DNA of 64,000 bases. It comes from Lingula anatina (Eukaryota; Animalia; Brachiopoda). Below are positions 40,601 through 53,452 of the stretch, in pieces; positions within the stretch are counted from its first letter, which is position 1; each line of letters begins with the position of its first letter. A program made the position numbers and the translations under genes. The stretch spans positions 23,932,001 to 23,996,000 of the forward strand of contig CM120646.1 in the NCBI GenBank assembly GCA_051362555.1, given 5' to 3'. The notes below the pieces were generated by a model, which worked only from the letters and a program-made list of their open reading frames with translations, ran no database searches and was not told the DNA's origin.

Positions 40601-41800
40601 ACAACACGTACATCAAGTACAACACCAACAACAGCACCAGCAACTATAACCCAATCCTTAACAGTAACGTCTACTTCAACGACGACGACGTCAACGGCAA
40701 CAAAAACACCAACCGCTTCGACAATAAACACCTCAACAGCTATTATATCTACGACAGCAACATCTGGACAGACAACAATGCCAGCAATACTGCAAACAAC
40801 AAAAGTATCGACAACAAGGACGCCAGCGGAGATCACAAGGACGAACTCAACCGCAGCAGTGCCGACGCCGGAGGTTATAACACAGGAAGGAGCAGGAACT
40901 TCACCACTAGCAACAGCAACACCAAATGATCTTCTTCTCGTGTCGTCAACTCCTGATGTACCTCGTACTAGCGTATCACAAACGAGGTCGGAGTCAACAA
41001 CATCTAAGTCTACAATATATCATCACCTGACATCAGCAACATTCGCACAAACTACTTCACAAACTTCATCAAAAACATCTGGAGAAGCTGGAGCTACCAC
41101 GATTTCCCATTCTGGGAAGAGTAATGTTACATCGCCATCGACGACAGCTTCAGCCGTATCAAGTACAAATCCCTCCTCACTGGCAAGCAGCGAGTACGCA
41201 ACTCCATTAACGACCGCGGCGATATTTTCCTCAACAACAAACCCAGTGACACCTTCCTCAGTGGCGCCCTCTGTTTCAATTCCCGGTGATATCTCTTCCA
41301 CTGTCATAACCACTGGGTCATCAGCCACGGACGAAGACACATCATTGACAGGGATGTCCACAGGGACAACAGCAAAGGCTATAAGCCAAAATACTTCACC
41401 TGCGCCATCAACTACGGCAGAAATATTTCTAACGGGTACCACAGCTTCTAATGGAATAATCACAACGGTGCCTCCAAGAACCAAACCCAGTGTAGTGAAG
41501 AAGCCAGATAAAGGCCGCAAGCCCAAAGTGTGCTTTCCAGTCCCAGTTGGTGACAGTAAACGAGAACGTCACTCCTGGTTAAAGTGTCTAAACCTTTGCC
41601 GTACGCCTGGTACATGTCCTAAAGATCAATGCCAATGTATTACTGACCAAAATGAGTACCTCCTTCTTCGATCACATTACACGTCTTGTCGTGGGAATAC
41701 TGAGGAGAAAGCGTTTTGCATATCGTGGTGCAGAAGATTTTTTACATGTCCGGATATATGCAAGTGTTGGTATGAGTCGTATCTTTACAAATTCTCCTAA
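34697..41800 (+). CDS. AA15-like protein lacking the histidine brace, with long Thr/Ser/Pro-rich mucin-like stalk and two C-terminal 6-Cys modules, ~1114 aa
   Basis: Exons 34697-34900, 37172-37291, 38599-38857, 39039-41800 (phases consistent, 3345 nt). VQG|NGRLVSPPMRSSAWR, CGVCGDPF, FTANKLGGWIEFRVC, CVLQWKYVTANSWG and GCGAQETFYNCADI align to the adjacent LPMO gene. Thr-rich tract at ~39140-41480. Confidence 0.88.
35860..36026. mobile_element. Short MITE (CAGGGG termini) in intron 1 of LPMO-like gene 2
   Basis: CAGGGGTGGATCCAG ... CTAAATCCGCCCCTG; no clean TSD. Confidence 0.5.
37251..38287 (+). repeat. 49-bp tandem array (21 donors) of LPMO-like gene 2 exon-2 end plus donor
   Basis: Unit gtaaatatacaggtttgtcacggggtacctgactgctgtctttacacag. 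GT donors run from 37292 to 38275; three units are 50 bp. Confidence 0.95.
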
Positions 41801-43417
41801 CATCATATCGATGAGACCACTGCATATGTAGACTATACCAAAGTTAAGTCATGCAATAACATGATGTATTTTAAAGTGTCCAAATGTTGAGGACCATGAA
41901 AATGGTTATAGCCATTAGTACACGGTGGTTTTATGAACATCTTGCTCCGTGTGCGATAAAGTGAAGTAAAAAAAAAAAACAACTTCTAAACGTTGGAATC
42001 TGGCGAACAATTGGCTAAAATAGTGCATCATCGAAACACGTTGTTAAAGACCTGAAACGTGCATCTTGGAATGTGATGTCATAATGCATTTGCATTTGCC
42101 TGGAGGCTGGATTGAGACAGCGTGTCCTTTATTGTTCATTCGCCCCACCCAATGCATTTTTTTTTTTGCAGAAAGTGATTTTAGTAAAGCCTCGAACTTT
42201 TTTTCGGATAGCTAGTCTATATACAAATGAATACTGACATATACCCAAAGCTTGGTTTATGAACTACGTATTGTTTAAGTAAAGTTTACCTTTTAGATTT
42301 GTCGTCAAGTGATATGTTTTAGCTACCTTTTCATTAAAAGTGAAAGAGACATATCTTGTAAATAAAACTTTCTATCATAATAAATACACATGATGTAAAC
42401 TGTTTACATGTCCCACTGAAGATTCGCAAACTAAGTCAACGTTACCAGTAAGTCTGCCATTTACCTCCTAAAGCGTGTCACTAAATCATTATATCTAAGG
42501 GTGCTCTTACAGTATGTCTTCTGCTGATCCTATATTCTGTATGCACTGTATCTCACATTCAAACCCTGTTATAATTAGATTAACTTGAGGATAGAAATAG
42601 AAATAGAATAGAATAGAAACAAATCACGTTGCTCTATTTTCAATTTAAATCAAGATTTTTAAAATAAAGGTATACTTTGGGTTTTTTGTTACCAGTGAAG
42701 GCCACTTTTTATTTCCAGAAATGTGCGAAACATTCATAACGAAGTCATTTTACTCGGTTACTCATGATATTAAACTCGCCGGACTCGCACTTACATGAAA
42801 TGTGAACAAAATTTTATTTTCTGTGATTTGAAATTTGATGATTCTATTTCCCGTGAAATGTGATCACTATCCCCCAAATGGGACCCTCTCATATGTTGTT
42901 GCTATTGTACCAACATCTGCCGATACACGATCTGATTGGTTGGTTACCCCAATAAACGTGCTGCTTACTGCTGACTGAATCATTACATCAGATACAATAC
43001 TGTCAAGGTAAGGTGTTAAGGTGTATCTAGTGTGGCACGTTACTTAACCTTACGAAATTTAATTACTACAAGGTGCTATCGTTATTACACAGTGCACTGT
43101 CATGTTGTATGCCGTTTTGTTTTAGGTTATGGGATGCTGCTACCCTCTACCAGGGCGGCAGATTGTAAAGGGGAACATGGAAAAAACCACCCTTTGACTT
43201 TTGGGCAGATGGAAGCAATTTAATCTGCACGTGCGCATGCGGTATTGCACCCGCTCTGTAGAGAGCTACTACAGGAGATTCCTTAGTTAACTTCAATCTG
43301 AAGTAACATGCTATTCATAAGGGGTTATTTTTATCTGTCACAGAGGAAAAAGTGATTAAAATCAGAGGAATTAACTGTCTTGATTGCTGTCAAGGGGACT
43401 TAGCTTGGGCCTGTTAA

Positions 43418-44552
43418 AACCCCCTTTACACTGGACGGCGTCCTTTCTGCGTCCTTTGTGCGACCATGAAACTGGCCAGGACGCCGTCGGACGCTCAAAG
43501 AACGCACAGTGATCGCTAAGGTTGCACAAAGAACGTCCAAGCATCGCCGAGGACGCCATGGACGCCGCGAAGTATTGAGCATGTTCAAAACAATCGCAGA
43601 GAGAACGCGATGGAGGATGGTCGCTCAATGGACGCAGAAAGGACGCACAAGCATCGCCGTGGTCGCAGAGAGGACGCACAAGCATCGCCGCTGTCGTAGA
43701 AAGGAGGCACACGCATCGCTTTGGTTGCAGAATGAAAACTCAAAGATCGTCCAGTGTTCGGCACGTAGAACATTATTATTTTTTTTAAATGTCAAACGGG
43801 GCCGTGCTGAGGTATTTTTCACCAGACAGGAATTCTGAGGGCAACAGTGGTTTCATATCAGCCTCCGATTGTTTTCCCCCCTAAAATTCATGAAACGATC
43901 GATTTTTTTTTTTTTTTTGAGGTTATTATAAAAATATTTTGCCTTTTTTTACAAGTTGCATTGTCAGAACTTTTTGCAGAATGCGTCATTTGAAAACGGG
44001 TTCAAATATTATATGTTGTGTCAGTCACACTTTCTCGTTTTTGGCGTCTGTCCATCCTTCTTATAAGGATAACAATGAGCATCGTGCTGATTATCACTAT
44101 AGTTTAAATCGTTTATTCCCATTTATTTGTTTTGTGTGCTGGAAATGTTCTTTATTGGATGACCTAGTTAGAACCGATGAAAAATATGAGTTAGAATATA
44201 GAGAAGGACGCCCAAATAACGCTCATCAGTCAAGCAGGATGCAGAATGATCGTAGAATAGACGCCACTGATCGCCGATAAAGGTACAGAGAACGCAGCAA
44301 GAATGCTCAATGGTCGCTCAAACCTCGCAATGGACGCTTTGGTTTGCACAGGGGACGTACAGTGGAGGCAGGCAGATGGCTCGCAGTTTTACAGGTAAAA
44401 TCAAGATTCGGTCGTTCAAAGGACGCACAAGGGACGCAGACGCCTTTACACTGAGACACGATTTAATTGCTTTGGCGACCGTTGAGCGTCCTGACCACAT
44501 TTTTGAACGCAGAAGGGACGCAGAAAGGACGCCGTCCAGTGTAAAGGGGCCC
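43418..44552. mobile_element. Non-autonomous PIF/Harbinger element in intron 1 of mytimycin-like A
   Basis: TIR CCCCTTTACACTGGACGGCGTCCTTTCTGCGTCC at both ends, TAA target duplication, internal ggacgc/gatcg subrepeats. Confidence 0.82.
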
Positions 44553-44832
44553 TAAGTGGTAGTGCCTGAGCAGTTGTTGTGCTAACAATTACCAGGCATG
44601 TAATTAGCCTTGAGATTTCATCACTGGGTGACAGAGAGCTAAATGACTGTCTATTTATCTAGAAAAAAATCAATCTGTCGCGCTGGTAGAGGGTAGGATG
44701 CTGCTGTGTTTTCTGCTGTCGGTGTGGTATACAGGGTACGTCAAGAAAATTCCACCAAGCAAGCATACAAACTCTTACCTTAGAAATTAGATACTTCATA
44801 AATGACCATTTGTTATGTTTTTGTTTTAGAAA

Positions 44833-46446
44833 ATGTCTCTTGGATTCGTTACAATCGTGGCTACAACTGCATGTTTGTCCGCCGTTATCAGAGGCGCGGA
44901 GGCTGTGTGCTGTCACCCGGTCATCACTGATTATTGCGGAGACTGCAGTTTTGTAAGTTTTTTTTAAATGAGAGACCGTGTCAGTGGTCATTTAGCTCCC
45001 AGAATATCGACTTGAAGATTAAATGACATTTGCCTTAAATGATCGACGCCTTTTACCATTACAAATTATAGAAGTATTTTGCTTTCCCTGACTTTTCAAT
45101 GGTGTGAATTTCTCTGGGATACAAATATACCAGCCAAAGCCACCTCCCTAATATAGTATATGGTATTAAAACATGTCATTAACGTTCGATGAAGCCAACT
45201 TCATAGTATAGTATACGAGATCAAAATTTTCTCTTGCGTCATAATATCACGTTAAAATATAGCATCAGCTCGGGTTTATGGTTGCACAAACATGTAGGAC
45301 TGCTAGAGGCGTGCATCAATGTTCTTCTTTAGTACACTTACTGTATGCATGTCCCTAGAACAACCTTAACTCCTTACGAGCTTAACTGGGTTAAAACCGC
45401 ATTGTTTTGTTTAACAAAATAGACACTTTAAAACATCGATACCTTACTACACAGCATGTTCTTATTGTTCCTTTTAAATATATTTTCCGCGGGTAAGAGA
45501 GTGACCTGTCAAGCAAGTTATACCTATTGTCCCTTTGTTTAAGACGTGGTATGCCTGTGGAGTAGGAAAATGTGATAGACTCAAGTGTAACTGTGAAGGA
45601 GGCTGCAGATCCGGTTGTTCAAGTGTGAAGACAAGCGGCTGGCTTGGGTGAGAAACGACCCTTTTCTTATAACTACTTATGTGGATTATTTTTCTGCAAT
45701 ACAACACAAACATTTTCGTTGTCGTGTTGGTCAAATAACAAATTTACAAAGAGAGTTAAATTGGATGTTAACTTTTCACAAATTTCGAGCAAAACAAACA
45801 ACCATAAGATTTGGGCAAAGTGTTCATGTATTTATCACCACATATACCAAGAAAAACATTGCGATATGGTTAAATTATAAAAGAAAGAAACTTAATTTCG
45901 CTATTAATAGGAGTGAAAAGTGTGTCTGCAGCCACAAGAGGTCTGCGTATGCAGGTGTAGATTACAGCATTGACGCTAGTGTAGTATTCAGTAACACTGA
46001 TACAGACAGGTAAGTGATGTAACTGTAGATAAAGTTGGTCTCATTGCGATTGTTTGAGAGTTTTAATTTAGTGTCTGCTGTTTTCAGATTTTATTCTGTG
46101 AAATTGGGTGAACTTCAAAGTACAATGTTGAAAGCAAAGTGACGACACGTGCTTTAGTTGTACTGAAGTTTTGTTGAAAATCCATATTGCTACAGAAACC
46201 AGCAAAATGTTAAAGTGAACAGTATTATTAAATATGCCCTAGCGACACAATTATTACTGAACAGCAGATTTTAATCACGAACCATATTATTGCAGAAATC
46301 ACAAGCTTTCCAGAGATGAATACATTCGTGCTGCAATGAACCTGAACAGGAACACAAGATCTGAGGACATCCACGCTGAATTCACGGAGAAAGACAAAAA
46401 TGGCGACGACATGATCAATTTTGATGAATTCGAGACAACAAAGTGA
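44833..46446 (+). CDS. Mytimycin-like precursor A (signal peptide, 12-Cys peptide, KR site, two EF-hands), 157 aa
   Basis: Exons 44833-44952, 45544-45647, 45911-46009, 46296-46446; probable non-coding exon ending at 43007. Mature region VCCHPVITDYCGDCSFTWYACGVGKCDRLKCNCEGGCRSGCSSVKTSGWLGSEKCVCSH-KR. EF loops DTDRNHKLSRDE and DKNGDDMINFDE. AATAAA at 46502. Confidence 0.85.
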
Positions 46447-46632
46447 ATGAAACTGGCAAAAACACCCTCTATGATATTTTTGTTTTGCTTTCATGTAAGA
46501 TAATAAAAGTAAAATCAGTGTATTTTTTTTTCGATTTTTCTTTATGATAATTTGAAAGAAAGACTATTTGATGTTAACATCAAAAATCGGACTAAATTGA
46601 GTAAAATGCTGGTACTACTCACTAGTGACTTA

Positions 46633-46836
46633 GGCTTCGTTCACATGCAATGTCTATTTTCTAAATTCTATTTTCTATTTGCGGTATGTCTTATGATCAC
46701 GGTCTGTGCTCTGAATATCCCGCGGCGTAATTACTGGCAGCACGAGCCAGTTACTATAAGTTACTATAAGTGATCATAAGATAGGGCGAATAGAAAATAG
46801 ATTTTTAGAAAATAGACATTCCATGTGAACGAAGCC
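46633..46836. mobile_element. Harbinger/Tourist-type MITE
   Basis: TTA-GGCTTCGTTCACATG ... CATGTGAACGAAGCC-TTA, with ~65-bp imperfect inverted arms. Confidence 0.85.
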
Positions 46837-47693
46837 TTAGTGTTTATCGTAGCATAAAAGCGATAAGGGTTTAACATGTCATTATTCGAAATAGGAGTTA
46901 TAAAGTAGAGGGACTTTTTGGGTTTTTAACTAAATCTAAAGATTCATGTCGCACAACATACACTGTATATTCATGTCGCACACTCAGCCTAGAACCTCAG
47001 ATGTGACATTAATCTATAGATTCATGTTGGCCAATTAAAAAAAAATCGGCTATATATTGCCAATGAACGAGCTTCGGATCTTGATTAAGCTGGTCGAAAT
47101 TATCCGATAAAAAAATCTTATAAAATAATGTTATTGTTCGAATTGATTGAGCCATTTGGGTTGTTTTAGCAATTACCTTAGTGACGTTATTTTGGTGCAG
47201 CAGTATGTTCGTCAACAAGGTGTTCCTAAATACTGTTTCAAATCATTTTGTTATCGCCAGTGTAATTTGTTTTTAGATTTTGTTTTAAAAAAGTCTAAAA
47301 TAACAAATATTGAACACCACTAACCACATTACATATGCCAATTTTTGTAGTCCACAGTAAAAAGCATAACTGTTAGTCCTTTGAGAACATTTTATACCTT
47401 CTAACCAAAAGGAAGGCCTATATTGTCGGTAATAAGGGTAATGATCATCTGAGATGTTACTGCAATTTATTAATAACATTTAAATACTAGTACATATTAT
47501 TCATGAAAATGCCACACATGAACATAAACTTTGATAAACACACTGCCCATAGGTCTACATAACTGATTCTTATTAATTATTACATACATGTAAAATATAA
47601 TCAAAATTTATATCATACAAAGATACTTTTCATTAAAGGTACATCCAAATTACACTATAATAATAATTTAACTTGTACACAATCTACATGTAA

Positions 47694-48588
47694 AGCCACG
47701 GTCACAACCGGACGTACGGATTTCAGGATCGCACGTCCCTTGCGATTTTTGGGTGTCGCGGAGGTCGTGGAGGTCGTAGAGGTAGAGGAAAGTCTGCCTT
47801 ACGAGTCGCAAGGGCCACATGAGATGTCCTTTCAAGCAGGGACGCTAATTGCAAGGAGCGATGGCCGTAGAAATTGCACTCATTTCTTGAGTTTGTCTTG
47901 CTTGCTGTGTACGTGGCACACACTCACCACTTACGAAGGAAATGCAACGCATGGCGAAAGTAGTGCCCTTTGCGTCAGTTTTGCTTCACACTTGCCTCAC
48001 ACGGTTGTGTTGACGTACTGACGGCGTACGTCAGTTTTGCTTCATGTTCTCCTCTTCTCTCTTCTTCCCCCTCCTTTTTTCTACTGTGTAAGCTTCTTTC
48101 TCTTGCCTTTTGGAGGCATATTAGGAACTAAATTGAGCAAAAATTTGAAATTTTGAAAATTGTTGCACACGTAACACAGTCGACGTTCATTGTAAAGACA
48201 CGAGCGTGCGTAGTGAGCATGCCTTTTATATACCAGGCGTGCTCACGACGCACGTGCGACGCATTCCCGGTGTGCTCTCGGATTTGTTCGTTAGTTGTGA
48301 GGGCGTGCGCCTTACTCAACACGCAAAGGGCACTTGCTCCTTCATTGATTGCGACGTGCGTCATGCACAACGCGCGTCTCTCTTGCTAACTCCGTACGCT
48401 AGCGGCCTCGCTGATCGCAGGTTATTCGTAGAATCTTTTGGACATGTGCAACATCCTCCGTACGTGCTTACGGGCTGTCTGCGAACTCGAAAATGCGTAA
48501 TAAGAACTTGAGTGGGACGTGAGATTCTGTGCAAAATTTGGACGCAAACAGCCCGTAAGAGCCAGTACGGCCGGTTGTGACCGAGGCG
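47694..48588. mobile_element. Non-autonomous PIF/Harbinger element
   Basis: TAA-AGCCACGGTCACAACCGGACGTAC ... GTACGGCCGGTTGTGACCGAGGCG-TAA. CpG-rich interior with a decayed MPPKGKRKK start on the minus strand near 48119. Confidence 0.8.
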
Positions 48589-49819
48589 TAACGGCAAACC
48601 ATACCCTCACTCTGGCAGTATGTAATAAATGACCGCGCAGAGCACGTGCGGCATCGCCTTTTATACAACTGACCATATGAATAATTGAACACGTTATCTA
48701 ATTGAGCAGTGTGAGTAGTTTCTCATCTAACACAATCAGAACAAACATAAGAACATCGTCCAAATAGAGAGCTATATATAATTTCTGCCGTGTTGGCAAC
48801 AAAACTGAATTCCTTCACTCTAATTAGTTGAGAGGTTTAACTTATATTGCTTGGTCACTCAGAGGGCAATATTGTTATCCAACACGTGAATTTCTAATAT
48901 TCCTTGTATAAGTCTAAATGGTTGCAGTGAGAAAGTAAACCCACTTTATTAAAAACAGGGGCTAACTATCATGTACACACTTGCTGACCAAAACACACAC
49001 ACACACACACGCGCGCCAGTAGAGTAATCGACTTGCAGATTTTTTTGATAGTAAAATGTATTAAGGTCTTGTAAGTGATGTTAAAATTCGATGTCGGCAG
49101 TTTTTGTGCATGTGCTGAATGTATCATTACTGGGAATAAAACCTAGCCACATCAATGTCAGAAGGCCACATGAATCAATATAGATCACATTTGCTGGGAG
49201 ATTGTTTCTGTATTTTCTTCAGAATATGTTGGATTACAATAGGTATGCCTTCATGTGAAAGGGGGGGGGGGTGCCTTATTATAAAAATACTGCGTTTCCA
49301 AACATTACTGTGTATTTTCATTTTTTTTTCATTGTCAGCAGAAATCAACACTTAAACAGCACTTTAATCTGGGACGCAGACTTGACCAGTAGAATACATT
49401 GTCATAATAGTGGAAAGTTCTTTGGGTTTTATTTTAATGTGGTTTAAACCCAGTCCCAAGCTTCTCGTCCTAATGACAATAGACTATCAATGTTACAGAC
49501 AGTGTATAGTATCTCTCCTCTGATTGGCTGGTTGCCTACTTAATACCTGCCAACTGAACAATTTCATCAGACGCCACTGTTCAGACAAGGTATGAAGTGC
49601 TCACTAGTCTCGCTCGTAAGCTACAATTTAATCTTACATAATACAGTTCTAACTAGGCGGTGTGATATTGTCAAACAAAGCGTACGCTGTTGTTTTTGCT
49701 ACCTTTATGATATACCTCGAGGAAATTATACTCTTGGGTAACATTCAGACGCTAAGTGTTGACCGTGCATATACAGGTGTACGTACGTCTTACCTTTACA
49801 AATACCTTTATTTCAGAAA

Positions 49820-52209
49820 ATGTCCATTGAATTCGTGACAATCATAGTGACTGCCTGTTTGTCCGTCGTTGTCAGACCAGCAGAAGCTATCTGTTGCTAT
49901 TCGGTTGTCCCTGGATATTGTGGAGATTGCAGCAAAGTAAGTTGCGTTTCTCAAATCAATCATAAAAGCGTTATGATTTTTGTGCTTCATTTAATTAAAC
50001 TGGAAGAAAAGTGACTCAATCATACCGCCACGTTATTTGTGAATTTTACAGTTGCTGTTAAAGCACATATACAACAGCGGTATTTAGGTAGTGGTCCTTA
50101 TGCAGGGAAAGGGAATAGTCAGGGGTCCTGGAAATGCAAATAAATCGTCCTTTTGGAAAAGTCAACTTTCAATTGCAATTCCAAATGCGCAAAGATTAAA
50201 ATGTGTTACGATGCAAATGGCCCATTAGTCGTTTTATTTAGAATTACTGGCAACAGGTCTGAGACAAAAAAGTAGGATATTCCGTGACCGTGGCTTTGTG
50301 ACCAAATTTTTACGGAACTTAGAGGTCCTCAACTTCACAAATGTGTGTTTAGTTTATAAAACAAAGCGTGGCACACGGTATGAAGTTGTACGTATACCTT
50401 TTAAACAAGATTTATTTTTATTAACATTTTAAAACTCCTGAACAATCTGTACCACAATATTAATCAGGGTACCGCTTTTCCACTCTGTCGTGCCAAAGTG
50501 CCACCATGTCTTTAATGCTAAATGCTATACTTGTAACCTCCCCCAAGTTCTTAAGTATAGATGATCAGTGTGACTTTAAGACATCAGGCATTGTAGCAGG
50601 CTAACTCTATCCCGGCCAATTCATGGCCGCACACCAAAGAGAACAGGGGTTTGTAGCTACAGCGTGAAGCCATATCTATATTCTGCAGCCAGGTTCCCAA
50701 TACAACAGGAACATGACTCTATTGTGGACATGTCCCAAGTGAGTTCTTATTGTGTCTTATGGCGCACTGGGCAATCCCAGCAAACACAGCACGTTCTTAT
50801 TACGTTTCCAAGACGTTCATATACCCAAAAATGCTATGGTAATGTTTCATACAAGGTAGGTTGCCGTGCATGTTGCTATGGCGCATAACATGGCTTTGTG
50901 GTATACTGCCACAACTATTAATTTTAACTTACATGTCCTTCAGATATAAACAGCTAATTCTTCACTTATTCTAATTGTCTCTTTGTTTTAGGCATGGTAT
51001 GGTTGTGGAGTAGGAGAGTGTGATATTCATATGTGTAACTGTCAAGGAGGCTGCAGATCCGGTTGCTCTAAGATAAAGGTTACAGGCACAATGTGGTAAA
51101 ATATCTATGTGTATATTTTTAACTAAAACAGTTTGTTTCTGTTCACTGTAAAGCACATTACCACAATACGAATCCACCTTGATCAGTTTTCGTGTTCGAT
51201 AAACACCGTAATTTACGTGTTTTAAACTGACTGGTGGAAAAAACTCTAAGACAAAGTATATTACTGTTTTAAAAATATTTGTCTGAAAAATGATGTTCGA
51301 AAGAACAAGAACAAAGAGGCCATTCAGAATGAGATGAGCTGAATGCTAGCTAGGCCATGACCTAAATATGGCGGACCTACATGAAAGGAAGGCCGCTTGA
51401 TCCTGTAATGGTGTCTCCACCTCTCACACGCCTCCCCACGCGTCGTCCCTCGACCGGTTGAATTGAGCTGAGATTTAATTACTGTGCCCCTGCAGGAACG
51501 ACCAGAGGTGAGAGGTGGAGAGACCATTACAGGATCAAGTGGTTTTCTTTTCATGTAGGTTCGCCATGTTTAGGTCGTGGCCTAGCTACAGATAGCACTC
51601 GGTTCTTCTCATTCTGAATGGTCCCAAACACCAACTAATTGCATCATTATTGATAGGAATAGAGAGTGCTCGTGTAACCGCAAGAGATCTGCAGGCGTGG
51701 ATTACAGCATTGATGCTAGTGTAGTATTCAGTGACATTGATACAGACAGGTAAGTGATGTAGGTGTGGATTACAGCATTGACGCTAGTGTAGTATTCAGT
51801 AACACTGATACAGACAGGTAAGTAATGTAGGTGTTGCTGTAGATGTAGGCAATGGCGCCAGATGCATAGAGTAGTATTCAAATGTGGACAGGTAAGTGAA
51901 ATAATGAACAAAGAACAAGGAGTTGAGTTACATTCAAGTTAAAAAGGATTCATTTCAAAATTCTGATTTGAAAACAACGAATTAGCGTAACTATAAGCCA
52001 TGAAGACACGAGTTTCTGTAGAACTTAACGGCATATTTTGATCAAATCATTACAGAAACGAGCAGCTGTCCAGAGATGAATACATTCGTGCTGCAATGAA
52101 CCTGAACAGAAACACAAGATCTGAGGACATCCATGCTGAATTTATGGAGAAAGACAAAAATGGCGACGACATGATCAGTTTGGATGAATTTGATAAGAGA
52201 AGTGAATGA
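49820..52209 (+). CDS. Mytimycin-like precursor B, 155 aa
   Basis: Exons 49820-49936, 50992-51095, 51657-51749, 52056-52209; probable non-coding exon ending at 49589. Mature region ICCYSVVPGYCGDCSKAWYGCGVGECDIHMCNCQGGCRSGCSKIKVTGTMWNRECSCN-RKR, followed by two EF-hands. Confidence 0.85.
51317..51625. mobile_element. Palindromic MITE in intron 2 of mytimycin-like B
   Basis: ~110-bp imperfect inverted arms (ccattcagaatgaga...cacctctcac / gtgagaggtg...tctcattctgaatgg), not seen in the paralogous introns. Confidence 0.75.
51695..51897 (+). repeat. 68-bp exon-end plus donor duplication in mytimycin-like B (2 intact copies, 1 degenerate)
   Basis: GACAG|GTAAGT donors at 51750 and 51818; degenerate copy at 51892. 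Confidence 0.85.
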
Positions 52210-52525
52210 AAATAGCAAAAATCACTTGCTGTTAAAATAATGTATTGGTTACATGTAGGCCTTATAAGATAAAATCAACTGAATTTGAAAATCATCAGCA
52301 AATGCTTTTTATGTTTTTATTATCGTTGAAAAAAAAAGCTTGTATGATCTTTACAACATATATATTCTTGACAGTATCAAAGAATGCTGATTGACGTTTA
52401 GTTTCCATTCCCAGTATAAAAACATAATATCGTTTTTAATGGTTGTCGGATGACTTAAAATAGGCAATGCATTTTTGTTTGCTTCACTGGCGAATTCAAT
52501 TAATGAACTGATGTCACAATGACAC

Positions 52526-52620
<95 letters not shown>
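52526..52620. repeat. Poly-A followed by (AT)n microsatellite
   Basis: Seen directly. Confidence 0.9.
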
Positions 52621-52622
<2 letters not shown>

Positions 52623-53452
52623 TTAAAACGCGATTTTAATCCTTATTTTCGTTTATCAGTCAGACAAATAGGAAAAAACTGATGAAAAATAATTTGGAAA
52701 AAAATATTTCATATAAAATATCAAGTCTGTAGTTGTTAACACACATCCCAACCGTCTTATAATTAGAATAACTTGAGAACAGAAAATCCAGTCATTCTGT
52801 TTTTAAATAAAACATGGCGATCGATCTTCTGAATATGATGTTGATTTAATGCCAACGTCTGCCAATACGCGATATGATTGGCTGGTTACCCCAATAAACG
52901 TGTCACTTACTGCTGACTGAATCATTACATCAAATGCAACTGTCAAGGTAAGGTGTTAAAGTCTTTATAGTGTGGCATTTAACTTTAACTTAACATGAAC
53001 CCTAATGCAATATATTTAAATATGTATGCACTATCATTTCATGAAAGAATGTCGTCATATTTTCTGTTACAGTTTATCGTTACCTGCTATAGTACTCTCA
53101 CGTGTTTTTGTTAACGTGTGTCGTTATGCGTTTTGTTTTAGTATGTTAGTATCTTCTGCATTAAAGTATGTTGTTATATTTCCTGTTATAGTGTTTTGTT
53201 AAGTTTCCTGTTATAGTAAGTTGTTATATTTCTCTTTATAGTATGCTGACATAGTTTAACAGTTATTTTATTCCAGTATAATATGCTGTGATGGTCTTTG
53301 TTATATTACACGGGGATGTTTTCTGTCAGCGTATGCTTACTATACGCTACTGCCATGTTTTCTGCGTCATGGAAACCCCAATACTGGTACACATGGAACC
53401 TTTTTTATTTTAGAAAATGACTTTAAATAAATGTCTTATTTTATTATAGAAA

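Noticed and set aside
39106-41526. Long Val-rich antisense ORFs (576 aa and 167 aa)
   Set aside because: Mirror of ACN-rich Thr codons on the sense strand; no independent coding signal.
43371-48692. Clusters of short overlapping ORFs in GC-rich patches
   Set aside because: They fall inside non-autonomous Harbinger elements and encode no intact transposase.
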